A DNA stretch of 64,000 nucleotides from an uncultured Actinomycetes bacterium. Lineage in GTDB: Bacteria; Actinomycetota; Thermoleophilia; Gaiellales; Gaiellaceae. Positions within the stretch are counted from its first letter, which is position 1. Every line of letters begins with the position of its first letter. Both the position numbers and the translations under genes were made by a program. Below the pieces are notes generated by a model. That model was given only the letters and a program-made list of their open reading frames with translations. It searched no databases and was not told where the DNA came from. Positions 50,408 through 59,481 of this stretch are shown here, piece by piece. The stretch covers positions 24,211 to 88,210 of the forward strand of contig CAVXUY010000006.1 in NCBI GenBank assembly GCA_963765175.1. The letters run 5' to 3'.

Positions 50408-51049
50408 CTAATGCGCGAGCGGCGGATGTCGCGTCGCGCGGACTGCGAGCGTGAGTCCGAGCATCAGCAGGATCCCGATGCCTAGCCCGATCCCGATCTG
50501 CGACCACTCGATCTCAGTACCGGAGCTCGAGACGGACACCTGCGTCGGCTCGTTGACCGGCTTGGCCTGGAACCGATTGTCGTTGGCGACGAAGTGGGCA
50601 TCCGAGCCTGACGTGCGACGGGCTGCAACATGCCCGAAGAGCGTCGGGTCGTTGCGGTATGCGCGGCCGAGCGCCTCGCCGCGAAGGATGACCGCCTGGG
50701 TCGCCGGGTCCTGTCCGAAGAGAGTGGGGTCGTTGCGGTATGCGCGGCCGAGCGCCTCGCCGCGAAGGATGACCGCCTGGGTCGCCGGGTCCTGCCCGAA
50801 GAGCGTGGGGTCGTTGCGGTATGCGCGGCCGAGCGCCTCGCCGCGAAGGATGACCGCCTGGGTCGCCGGGTCCTGCCCGAAGAGCGTGGGGTCGTTGCGG
50901 TATGCGCGGCCGAGCGCCTCGCCGCGAAGGATGACCGCCTGGGTCGCCGGGTCCTGCTGGACGACCGGCTGATCCTGTGCGAACGCGGCCGGAACGGCAA
51001 GGACAAGGGACGCTCCGAGAACCGCGATGGGGGTCAAGCTGCGATACAT
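50408..51049 (-). CDS. secreted, C-terminally membrane-anchored protein with 4 x 27-aa identical repeats
   Basis: Signal peptide ...AVPAAFA-QDQ; (QDPATQAVILRGEALGRAYRNDPTLFG) x4; C-terminal TM helix IGIGLGIGILLMLGLTLAV followed by RATRH. AAGGAGG RBS. Confidence 0.75.
   Translation of the reverse strand: MYRSLTPIAVLGASLVLAVPAAFAQDQPVVQQDPATQAVILRGEALGRAYRNDPTLFGQDPATQAVILRGEALGRAYRNDPTLFGQDPATQAVILRGEALGRAYRNDPTLFGQDPATQAVILRGEALGRAYRNDPTLFGHVAARRTSGSDAHFVANDNRFQAKPVNEPTQVSVSSSGTEIEWSQIGIGLGIGILLMLGLTLAVRATRHPPLAH
50633..50956. repeat. 81-nt tandem repeat x4 inside the CDS
   Basis: Units 50633-50713, 50714-50794, 50795-50875, 50876-50956. Units 3 and 4 are identical; units 1 and 2 differ by 1 and 2 synonymous nt. 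Confidence 0.9.
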
Positions 51050-51272
51050 GGCCTTCCTCCTTCTCCTCGGTGACCTTCATGGCCACCTGCATCGAGGCTA
51101 TGGAGGTGGGCGTGTGCCTACAACGGGAAAACCCCTCGTGTATGGCCGCGACCGGTACCTGCGGAAGTCCGCAAAGTCACCAACGAGCCCGGTTCCGCTT
51201 GGCGTCTGGCATGGCCGCATTTCGCACAACCATGCGGGTTCCCGCCCCGCGTTCAAACACTGCTGGGCACCC

Positions 51273-52187
51273 TCAGTCCGGGAACGAGTCGAGGTCGGTG
51301 CGGGCGCGCTCGAGGACAGCAGGGTCGAAGTTGCGGCCCGTGATGACGAGGGCCATCAGGCCCGGAGTGTCGAGCTTGCGAGCTGCGGCAAGTGCTGCTG
51401 CGGCTGACGGCTCGACCTCGACGCCCGCATCGTGGCAGGCGACGAGTGCCGCGGCGATCTCGCGCTCCGAGACGCGCACTACCAAGTCGACCGTCTCGCG
51501 CAGCCGCGATACGGCGAGCGGGATTGCGACGCGCGTCGCCAGGCCATCCGCGATCGTCGTCCCGCGCGGCGCCGCGACCGGCTTGCCGGCCTCGAGGCTC
51601 GCCGCCATGACCGGCATGTCCTTCGCAACGACGCCGACATGGGTGGTGCCCGGAGACCGCACGAGGGAGGCACCGATGCCGCCCGCGAGCGCACCGTTGC
51701 CGATCGGCGTGACGACGGCCGCGGGCGGCGCGTCGAGCTGGTCGAGGATCTCGTCGCCGATCGCGCGGTACGCGTCGTACTGAAGCGGCTCGGCGCCGTC
51801 CTCGAAGAACGGGAGGCCCTCCGAGCGCGCCCAGACGTGCGCGTAGTGCTTCGCGTCGTCGAAGTCCTCGCCCTCGACGCGGACGTCCGCGCCGAGACTC
51901 CGGAGCAACGCGAGCTTGCTCTGCGTGGAACCCGGAGGCACGAACACGATCGCCCGCGAGCCGTGCTCGCGGCACGCCCAGGCGACCGCCGCGCCATGGT
52001 TTCCCGTCGAGGAGGTGACGATCGTGGTGTGGCCGTCCCCGGCGAGCTCACGGACGACCGGGAGCGCCGCTCGCCACTTGAACATGCCGAGCTCGTGGAC
52101 GTCCTCGCGCTTGAGCCAGAGGTCGTCGCGGCCCGCATAGGTCGCGAGCGCGGCGGGAGCGGGCTCCAGCGGGGTCGGAGGGCTCAT
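51273..52187 (-). CDS. PLP-dependent enzyme of the threonine/serine dehydratase (Trp-synthase beta-like) fold
   Basis: LKREDVHELGMFKWRAA (PLP Lys), SSTGNHGAAVAWA. ATGA overlap with the upstream peptidase. Confidence 0.8.
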   Translation of the reverse strand: MSPPTPLEPAPAALATYAGRDDLWLKREDVHELGMFKWRAALPVVRELAGDGHTTIVTSSTGNHGAAVAWACREHGSRAIVFVPPGSTQSKLALLRSLGADVRVEGEDFDDAKHYAHVWARSEGLPFFEDGAEPLQYDAYRAIGDEILDQLDAPPAAVVTPIGNGALAGGIGASLVRSPGTTHVGVVAKDMPVMAASLEAGKPVAAPRGTTIADGLATRVAIPLAVSRLRETVDLVVRVSEREIAAALVACHDAGVEVEPSAAAALAAARKLDTPGLMALVITGRNFDPAVLERARTDLDSFPD

Positions 52188-53302
52188 GCGCAGAACTCGG
52201 CTGCGGTCGCGAGCACGATGGCTGCGGTCTGCTCGACGTCTGCGAGCTCGATCCACTCGACCTCCGCGTGCGCGCCCTCACCGCGAGGGCCGAACACGAC
52301 GGACGGGATGCCGGCGGCGGCGAAGAGCGCGGCGTCGGTCCAGTAGGGGACGCCGACGATCTCGGGCGGCCCCCCGAGCAGCGGGGTCGCGTTCAGGAGC
52401 AGGCGATCGACGATCGGGGAGTCTGCCGGGGTCTCCATGGGCTCGCGCACGAACCGCGTCGTGACGGTCGCCTCGTGCGCGATCTCGCGGATCTGCGCCT
52501 CGACGAGCTCGGCCGTCTCGCCCGGCAGCGTCCGTCGCTCGATCTGGAGTACACAGCGCTCGGGATACGTCGACAGCTCCTGCCCGCCCTCGATCAGCGA
52601 CGCGTGCAGGGACGCGTAGCCGAGGAGCGGATGGCCCGGGACGCCGACGCGGAGACGCTGGTCGAACTTGTCGAGCGCCACGAGCACCGGCCCCATGCGC
52701 GCAATCGCGTCGACGCCCAGGTCATAACGCGAGCCGTGCGCCGCGACGCCCTGGGTCTCGATCTCCAGCCAGAGGAATCCGCGGTGCGCGATCGCGAGGC
52801 GCATGTCGGTCGGCTCGGTGACGATCGCCGCGTCGGCTCGCACGCTGGCCGCGATCCGTTCGGAGCCGATGCTCAACGCCTCCTCGTCTGCGACCGCGGT
52901 CACGACCAGGTCACCGGCGAGGGGCAGGTCGACCGCGCGCGCGGCGGCGAGCATGATCGCCGCGAGCCCGCCCTTCATGTCGTACGAGCCGCGGCCGTAG
53001 AGCCGGTCGCCGTCGACGCGCGGTGTCGTGCCGGCGTCCGGGCCGCCGAGCGCGACCGTGTCGAGGTGCGCGTTCAGGAGCAGCGTCCGCCCGCCGCCCG
53101 ACCCGCGGACGCGGCCGACGACGTTCACGCGGCTGGGTGCGAGCTCCTCGAGCTCGACCTCGATCCCGCGACCTTCGAGCCAGTCCGCGACGAAGCGCCC
53201 GATCTCCGCCTCTCCCGACCCGCCGGGAACGAGCGTCGGGTTCACGGACTCGATCGCGACGAGCTGGGAGACGAGCTCGGCGGCCTCGGAGTGCTCGCTC
53301 AC
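52184..53302 (-). CDS. M20-family metallopeptidase (ArgE/DapE/CPG2-like)
   Basis: 372 aa; LLNAHLDTV, RLYGRGSYDMKGG, VADEE, HAEVEWI motifs. Confidence 0.85.
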   Translation of the reverse strand: MSEHSEAAELVSQLVAIESVNPTLVPGGSGEAEIGRFVADWLEGRGIEVELEELAPSRVNVVGRVRGSGGGRTLLLNAHLDTVALGGPDAGTTPRVDGDRLYGRGSYDMKGGLAAIMLAAARAVDLPLAGDLVVTAVADEEALSIGSERIAASVRADAAIVTEPTDMRLAIAHRGFLWLEIETQGVAAHGSRYDLGVDAIARMGPVLVALDKFDQRLRVGVPGHPLLGYASLHASLIEGGQELSTYPERCVLQIERRTLPGETAELVEAQIREIAHEATVTTRFVREPMETPADSPIVDRLLLNATPLLGGPPEIVGVPYWTDAALFAAAGIPSVVFGPRGEGAHAEVEWIELADVEQTAAIVLATAAEFCA

Positions 53303-53346
53303 GCGCGCGAGCGTACCGCGTGGTTTGTGTCACCCTTCCGCGGTTC

Positions 53347-53419
53347 GGGCGGTTAGCTCAGCTGGTAGAGCGCCTGCTTTACACGCAGGTGGTCGCAGGT
53401 TCGAGTCCTGCACCGCCCA
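53347..53419 (+). tRNA. tRNA-Val (anticodon UAC)
   Basis: GGGCGGTTAGCTCAGCTGGTAGAGCGCCTGCTTTACACGCAGGTGGTCGCAGGTTCGAGTCCTGCACCGCCCA; loop UU-UAC-AC. Confidence 0.9.
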
Positions 53420-53447
53420 TGAGAGAACGCCATGCTCAGGCGGGGGC

Positions 53448-54014
53448 TCAAACGGGCTCGACCGCCCTGCTCACGATCCAGGCGTGCTTGCCGACGCGGC
53501 GACCCCGGGTGAAGCCGTACTGCTCGAAGAGCTCGACCGTCGCGCTGAAGAGGAAGCGGCCCTGTGCCTCGCGACCGGCGGTCACCTCGGGGATGGCCTC
53601 GACGAGGCCGCCGCCGAGACGGGCGATCTGGTCGAGCGCCCCCTCCAGGCCCGCCCGGGCGATGCCTCGACCGCGATGCCTCTTGTCGACGAAGATGCAG
53701 GTGATCCGCCAATCCGGCCGTGGTGGAGCGTCCTTGTCGTACTCACGCTTGTGCTTGATGCCCGGGAGCTCCTCGGGGCTACCGTATTGGCACCAGCCCT
53801 GGGCGGCGCCGTTCTCGTCGATGACTAGCGCGGCATGAGCGCGGCCCGTGCGGACGCGATCCTCCTTGGCGTCGCGGTAGTTGATTCCCTTCTCTGCGCA
53901 CTCGGGGTGATAGCCGATGCACCAGCAGCCACCGTAAACCCCGTTGTTGCGCTCGACCAGCTCGGCGAAGGTGTCCCATGTTGATGCGTCGAGTTGTCGG
54001 ATCGCATACGGCAT
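53448..54014 (-). CDS. GNAT-family N-acetyltransferase
   Basis: 188 aa; FVDKRHRGRGIARAGLEGAL acetyl-CoA-binding motif. Start at the internal ATG. Confidence 0.8.
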   Translation of the reverse strand: MPYAIRQLDASTWDTFAELVERNNGVYGGCWCIGYHPECAEKGINYRDAKEDRVRTGRAHAALVIDENGAAQGWCQYGSPEELPGIKHKREYDKDAPPRPDWRITCIFVDKRHRGRGIARAGLEGALDQIARLGGGLVEAIPEVTAGREAQGRFLFSATVELFEQYGFTRGRRVGKHAWIVSRAVEPV

Positions 54015-54357
54015 GGTCGGTTCCTTCGATAGTAGGTGTTTCGTCGTCCTGGATCGCGGGGCGATCGTCTGTTCACTCCTGCGCCGGGTCCCGTCTGGGA
54101 CCACGAGCGGCACGTTGCTCGCGACGCGACCGTGTGGCGCAGCGCGACAGCGTAGGAGCGTGAGCGCAGCTCGGCGTCGACCGGGCACGGGCCTCGATGC
54201 CGCCGAGGTCGAGCGGCGCTGTGAGCAGGTCGGCGAAGAAGCTCGCAGACGCCGTGACGGAGCCCGGCGCGCATCGTCACGGGTTCGTCAAGATCCAGGG
54301 GCCTGTCTATGACGGGCGTCCAGCCGTAACTCATGATCCTCGGCGAAGGGGGATGAC

Positions 54358-54945
54358 GTGAAAGAAGGAAGGCTTCTACGCATCGGCGGTTACCTGTCGG
54401 GAGGCTTGCTGATCTTCCTCGGCATCGCCGTCATCGTGCTCGGGATCTGGGGATTCGCGTTTACCCGCGACCACATCGAGCGTGAGGGAATTACTTTCGG
54501 CCCGGTCGAAGACCCGGCGGTCGCGGAGCACGCCGAGCAGTGGGCCGGAGAGCCGGTCGATACCGGCCGAAAGGCGCTCGCACAGGCGGAGATAATGCGC
54601 GAGCACACGCTGTCGGACACCGGCGGGCTCACCTACGCGGAGATGGGCCGCTACCAGTCGGCCGAGGATCCGAGCGATCCGGCCGGGACGAACGACGAGG
54701 CCGCGGCGGCGAAGGACGAAAGCGGCGAGCCGATCTCGAACGGGGCCCGCAACATCTGGGTCACGGAGACCGCTCTAGCGACCGCGCTCGATATGGGCTT
54801 CATGTCGGAGATGCTCTCGATCTTCAGCATCGTCGTCGGCGTCGCATTGCTGTTGACCGGAATCGGCCTGGTGATCCTGGCGAAGGCTGTCTTTGGACGA
54901 TGGAGGCCCGTGGCACAGGTCGCATCCACGAGCCAGGCGCCGTAG
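54358..54945 (+). CDS. two-TM membrane protein (intact paralogue of the 17753-18365 pseudogene)
   Basis: 195 aa; N-terminal TM, soluble middle (IMREHTLSDTGGLTYAEMGRY), C-terminal TM LSIFSIVVGVALLLTGIGLVILA. Confidence 0.7.
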   Translation: MKEGRLLRIGGYLSGGLLIFLGIAVIVLGIWGFAFTRDHIEREGITFGPVEDPAVAEHAEQWAGEPVDTGRKALAQAEIMREHTLSDTGGLTYAEMGRYQSAEDPSDPAGTNDEAAAAKDESGEPISNGARNIWVTETALATALDMGFMSEMLSIFSIVVGVALLLTGIGLVILAKAVFGRWRPVAQVASTSQAP

Positions 54946-55066
54946 TTACTTCATCACGCAGGACGGCAGGATCACGAAGCGAAGAATCAGGCGTGCGCGG
55001 GGATAGCCGTACACGGGTGCAGCGGCCACACGCCGGCGCCGCCGACGCCGTCGGCCGTTCCCTGAC

Positions 55067-56368
55067 GTGAGCGTCCGTGGCGCCGCCTTCCTCGGCATCG
55101 GCGCGATGGTCGGCGCTGGCATCTTCGCGCTGCTCGGCGAGGCCGGAACCGTCGCCGGGTCCGCCGTCTGGCTCTCGTTCCTGCTCGCCGGGATCGTGGC
55201 CTCGCTCCTCGGTTACACCGTCGTCAAGCTCGGTGTTCGCTACCCGTCCTCCGGCGGGCTGATCGCCTACCTCATGGCGGGGTTCGGGAACGGACGCCTG
55301 GTCGGCGTCGCCTCCTGGCTCGGCTACTTCGCCGCGATCGTGATCGTCTGCTCCATGGTCGCCGTCTCGTTCGGGGCCTACGCGACCTCGCTGTTCGTCG
55401 GAGACGACGCCTCGGCGATCTGGGACAACGTCTTCACGACGGCGATCGTGCTCGCGATGGTGCTCGTGAACCTCGTCGGCTCTCGTCTCGTCGATCGCGC
55501 CCAGTCGCTGATCGTGGTCGTGCTGCTCGGCGTCTTCGCGGTGTTCATCGCGGTGACGATCGTCGACATCGATCTCGACCTGCTCGCGTTCGACACCTAC
55601 CCGTCCTTCTCCGACATCGTGGCGAGCGTCGCCCTCACGTTCTTCGCCTATCTCGGGTTCAGCGTGATCACCTTCGCCGCCGGCGACCTCCGCGATCCGA
55701 CCCGTGAGCTGCCGAGGGCGATGTACGGCGCGCTCGGCGTCACCACCGTGTTGTACGTGCTGATCGCCATCGGCGTCTTCGGGACGCTGACCGTCACCGA
55801 GGTGATCGACTACGGGGAGACGGCTATCGCCGAGGCCGCCCGGCCGGCGCTCGGCGACGCCGGGTTCACGATCATGGCCATCGCCGCCATGCTCGCGACC
55901 GCGTCCTCAGTGCTCGCCACGCTCTACGCCTCGGGCGGCCTCACCAGGATGCTGGCCGGCGCCGGCCAGTTCCCGCCCTTCTTCGGGCCCGGCTCCCGGC
56001 TCGGGCCGAGCGCCGGGATGCTCATCACCGCCGCGATCGTCCTCGTCGTCTCGAACGTCGTCGACCTCTCCGCGATCGCGTCCGTCGGCAGCGCCTGCTC
56101 TCTCCTGATCTTCCTTCTGGTCGGGATGTCCGCGTACCGGCTGCGGGCCGAGATCGGCGCGAGGGTCGTCATCGTCCTGCTCGGGCTGGCGGCGACGGCG
56201 ATCGTGCTCGTCTTCTTCGCAGTCGACACGCTCCGCAACGCGCCGGAGACGTTCGCGGCCATCGTTGCGATCACCTTCCTTGCCGTGCTGCTCGATGTCG
56301 TGTGGAAGCGCGTGCGCCAGGCGCCCCCGCCTTCGACGGCCGAAGCGCAGGTCACGCCGTCGTCGTGA
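55067..56368 (+). CDS. APC-superfamily amino acid permease
   Basis: 433 aa, about 12 TM; GAMVGAGIFALLGEA N-terminal motif. Confidence 0.85.
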   Translation: MSVRGAAFLGIGAMVGAGIFALLGEAGTVAGSAVWLSFLLAGIVASLLGYTVVKLGVRYPSSGGLIAYLMAGFGNGRLVGVASWLGYFAAIVIVCSMVAVSFGAYATSLFVGDDASAIWDNVFTTAIVLAMVLVNLVGSRLVDRAQSLIVVVLLGVFAVFIAVTIVDIDLDLLAFDTYPSFSDIVASVALTFFAYLGFSVITFAAGDLRDPTRELPRAMYGALGVTTVLYVLIAIGVFGTLTVTEVIDYGETAIAEAARPALGDAGFTIMAIAAMLATASSVLATLYASGGLTRMLAGAGQFPPFFGPGSRLGPSAGMLITAAIVLVVSNVVDLSAIASVGSACSLLIFLLVGMSAYRLRAEIGARVVIVLLGLAATAIVLVFFAVDTLRNAPETFAAIVAITFLAVLLDVVWKRVRQAPPPSTAEAQVTPSS

Positions 56369-58020
56369 CCACCTCGGTCGTGAACGGGCGGGCCGCCCCA
56401 GTGGCCGGCGCAACCCTCGTGCTGTTCACGCTCGCGTCGGGCCAGTTCCTCATGACCCTCGACAGCTCGGTGATGAACGTCTCGATCGCAACTGTCGCGA
56501 AGGATGTCGGGACGACGGTGACCGGGATCCAGGGCGCGATCACGGCCTACACCCTCGTGATGGCCGCGCTGATGATCACGGGAGCGAAGGTCGGCGCCAT
56601 GATCGGTCGGAAGCGGGCGTTCGCGATCGGATGCGTGATCTACGGGTGCGGCTCGCTCACGACCTCGCTGGCGCAGAGCCTGCCGGTGCTGCTGTTCGGC
56701 TGGTCGCTCCTCGAGGGAATCGGCGCGGCGCTGATCCTGCCCGCCATCGTCGCTCTCGTCGCGGGGAACTTCCCGGCCGAGCGCCGTCCCGCCGCCTACG
56801 GGCTCGTCGCCGCGGCCGGTGCCATCGCCGTCGCCGTCGGCCCGCTGATCGGCGGCTTCTGCACGACGTACTTCTCGTGGCGCTGGGTGTTCGCGGGCGA
56901 GGTGGTGATCGTGCTCGCGATCCTGCTCCTGACGCGCCGGATCGCCGACGCCCCGGTCGAGAAGCGTCCCCAGCTGGACATCGTCGGCGCAGTGCTCTCG
57001 GCCCTCGGCCTGGGGCTGCTGGTGTTCGGTGTGCTCCGCTCGGCCGAGTGGGGCTGGATCCAGCCCAAGGCGGACGGGCCGGAGTGGGCCGGTCTCTCGC
57101 CGACGATCTGGCTGATCCTCGGCGGCCTCTTCGTGATCTGGGTCTTCTTCCGCTGGCAGGCCCGTCGCGAGTCGCGCGGCGAGGAGCCGCTCGTGAAGGT
57201 CGCGATGCTCCGCAACCGTCAGCTGACCGGCGGTCTCACGATGTTCTTCTTCCAGTTCCTCGTGCAGGCGGGCTTCTTCTTCGTCGTTCCGCTCTACCTC
57301 TCCGTCGCGCTCGGGCTGTCCGCGATCGAGACGGGCGTGCGCCTGCTGCCGCTCTCGGTCACTTGCTCGCCGCTGCAATCGGAATCCCGCGCCTCTTGCC
57401 GAACGTCTCGCCCCGGCTCGTCGTCCGTGCGGGCTTGCTCGCGCTGCTGGCGGGCACGGTCGTGCTGCTCGGGAGCGCTCGATCCGGACGCCGGGCCCGA
57501 GATCGTCTTCGTGCCCATGCTCCTGATCGGGCTCGGGATCGGTGCTCTTGCCTCGCAGCTCGGCGCGGTGACCGTCTCGGCGGTGCCGGACGACGAGAGC
57601 CCCGAGGTCGGCGGCCTCCAGAACACGATGACGAACCTCGGCGCCTCGCTCGGCACCGCGCTCGCGGGGTCGCTGCTGATCGCGACGATGACCTCGGCGT
57701 TCCTGACGAACGTCGCGCAGAGCCCGGTCATACCGCGCGAGGCCACGCAGCAAGCGGAGGTGGAGCTCGCGGGCGGCGTGCCGTTCATCTCGGACGCGGA
57801 CCTGAACGCCGTTCTCGAGGAGACGGAGGCCGACCCTGAGGCGACTGAGGCGACGCTCGACGCCTATGCAGACGCGCGAATCGGCGGGCTTCGCTCGGCG
57901 CTGGCGATCCTTGCTTTGCTCGCGGTGGTCGCCCTGTTCCTGGCGCAGAGCATCCCGACGAGACCGCCCGGTGCGACGGGGACGCAGGACGATGTGCCGC
58001 CGGGAGAGCCGCCCGGATGA
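56365..58020 (+). pseudogene. MFS transporter (DHA2/EmrB-like, 14-TM type) carrying a compensated pair of frameshifts near 57364 and 57476
   Basis: The ORF stays open, but codons 355-392 read CSPLQSESRASCRTSRPGSSSVRACSRCWRARSCCSGA. The neighbouring frame reads the TM-like LLAAAIGIPRLLPNVSPRLVVRAGLLALLAGTVVLLGS. GTGA overlap with the permease stop. Confidence 0.7.
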
Positions 58021-58023
58021 CGG

Positions 58024-59436
58024 TTGCGCTCAGGCATCATCGGCGTTGTGGGTGTCGAGCAGCTCTCGTCAGGACACGGCGACGGCGATAGGGCGAGCTC
58101 CGTGGCTCCGGAGACGCGCTACGCGAAGAGCGGTGACGTCAACATCGCGTTCCAGGTCGTCGGCGACGGGCCGTTCGATCTCGTGCTCGTCCACGGCTGG
58201 GTGCAGAGCTTCGACGCCAGCTGGGAGATCGAGTCGATCGAGCGGTTCTACCGGCGGCTCGCGTCGTTCTCGCGGCTGATCCTGTTCGACAAGCGGGGCA
58301 CGGGGCTGTCGGACCGGGTCGCGCCGGACGACCTGCCGACGCTCGAGACGCGCATGGACGACATGCGCGCCGTCATGGACGAGGTGGGCTCCGAGCGAGC
58401 CGCCGTTCTCGGCCATTCGGAGGGTGGGTCGATGTGCGCGCTCTTCGCGGCCACGTACCCGGAGCGGACGCGGGCCCTGGTCATGGACGGCAGCGCGGCC
58501 CGGACGGCGTGGGCGCCGGACTATCCGATCGGAGCGACGGCGGAAGCGATCGACGAGCTGGAGACGTCGATCCTCGACAACTGGGGGCTCGACCTCATCC
58601 GCTCGCTGCTCGAGCAGATGGGCCCGTCGATCGCGGGTGACGACGAGCTCGTCCGGGCGTACACGCGTGTTGCGCTCCGGGCCGCGAGCCCTGCCGCGGC
58701 GGCCGCGCTGACGCGGATGAGTGCGATGATCGACATCCGGCACGTGCTGCCCGCGATTCGCGTGCCGACACTCGTGCTGCATCGCGCGGACGAGGTCATG
58801 GCCGACGCGAGCCGCGACGTGGGCAAGCGGATACCCGGCGCGAAGGTGGTGGAGTTGCCCGGCGCCGATCACATGCCCTGGCTCGGTGATCCGGGCGCTG
58901 CGCTCGACGAGATCGAGGAGTTCCTGACCGGCGTCCGTCCGCATCCTGTGCTCGACCGAGTCCTTGCGACAGTGCTCTTCACCGACATCGTCGGCTCGAC
59001 GGAGCTCGCCGCGGACCTCGGAGACCGAAGTTGGCGTGACCTTCTCGACCAGCACAACTCGCTCGTCCGTCGTGAGCTCGCGCGCTTCCGAGGCAGTGAG
59101 CTGAGCACGGCAGGCGACGGCTTCCTTGCGACGTTCGACGGCCCTGCGAGGGCTGTCGCCTGCGCGGTCTCGATTCGTGACGCCGCGCACGCGCTCGGAC
59201 TGCAGATTCGATTCGGACTGCATACGGGCGAGCTCGAAGTCGTCGGCTCGGACATCCGCGGGATCGCGGTCCACACCGGCGCTCGCGTCGCGGGGATGGC
59301 GGGGCCGGGCGAGGTTCTCGCGTCGAGCACGGTCCGGGATCTCGTCGCGGGCTCCGGGCTGGAGTTCGAGGATCGCGGCTCGCACGAGTTGAGGGGCGTG
59401 CCGGGCGAGTGGCGTTTGTACGCGGTCTCCGCCTGA
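58024..59436 (+). CDS. alpha/beta-hydrolase plus class III adenylate/guanylate cyclase fusion (LipJ-like architecture)
   Basis: HGW..GHSEGG hydrolase part; cyclase part LATVLFTDIVGSTELA...TAGDGFLATF...RFGLHTGE. The true start may be GTG 58102. Confidence 0.85.
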   Translation: MRSGIIGVVGVEQLSSGHGDGDRASSVAPETRYAKSGDVNIAFQVVGDGPFDLVLVHGWVQSFDASWEIESIERFYRRLASFSRLILFDKRGTGLSDRVAPDDLPTLETRMDDMRAVMDEVGSERAAVLGHSEGGSMCALFAATYPERTRALVMDGSAARTAWAPDYPIGATAEAIDELETSILDNWGLDLIRSLLEQMGPSIAGDDELVRAYTRVALRAASPAAAAALTRMSAMIDIRHVLPAIRVPTLVLHRADEVMADASRDVGKRIPGAKVVELPGADHMPWLGDPGAALDEIEEFLTGVRPHPVLDRVLATVLFTDIVGSTELAADLGDRSWRDLLDQHNSLVRRELARFRGSELSTAGDGFLATFDGPARAVACAVSIRDAAHALGLQIRFGLHTGELEVVGSDIRGIAVHTGARVAGMAGPGEVLASSTVRDLVAGSGLEFEDRGSHELRGVPGEWRLYAVSA

Positions 59437-59481
59437 GGCGGACCTGGTCGCAGCCGCGTGACCGCGGCCACGGCGCGCTCT

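Noticed and set aside
50633-50956. Possible CRISPR array, because of regularly spaced identical repeats
   Set aside because: The units are contiguous 81-mers with no spacers. They lie in frame inside a CDS and differ only at synonymous sites.
46365-51270. Degenerate direct repeats of the tRNA-Glu 3' end (GGGTTTCAAACACT at about 46368 and CGCGTTCAAACACTGCTGGGCA at about 51247) as island att sites
   Set aside because: Only about 17 of 25 positions match the tRNA with gaps. The shared core is an 11-mer, and matches of that length are expected by chance in 64 kb.
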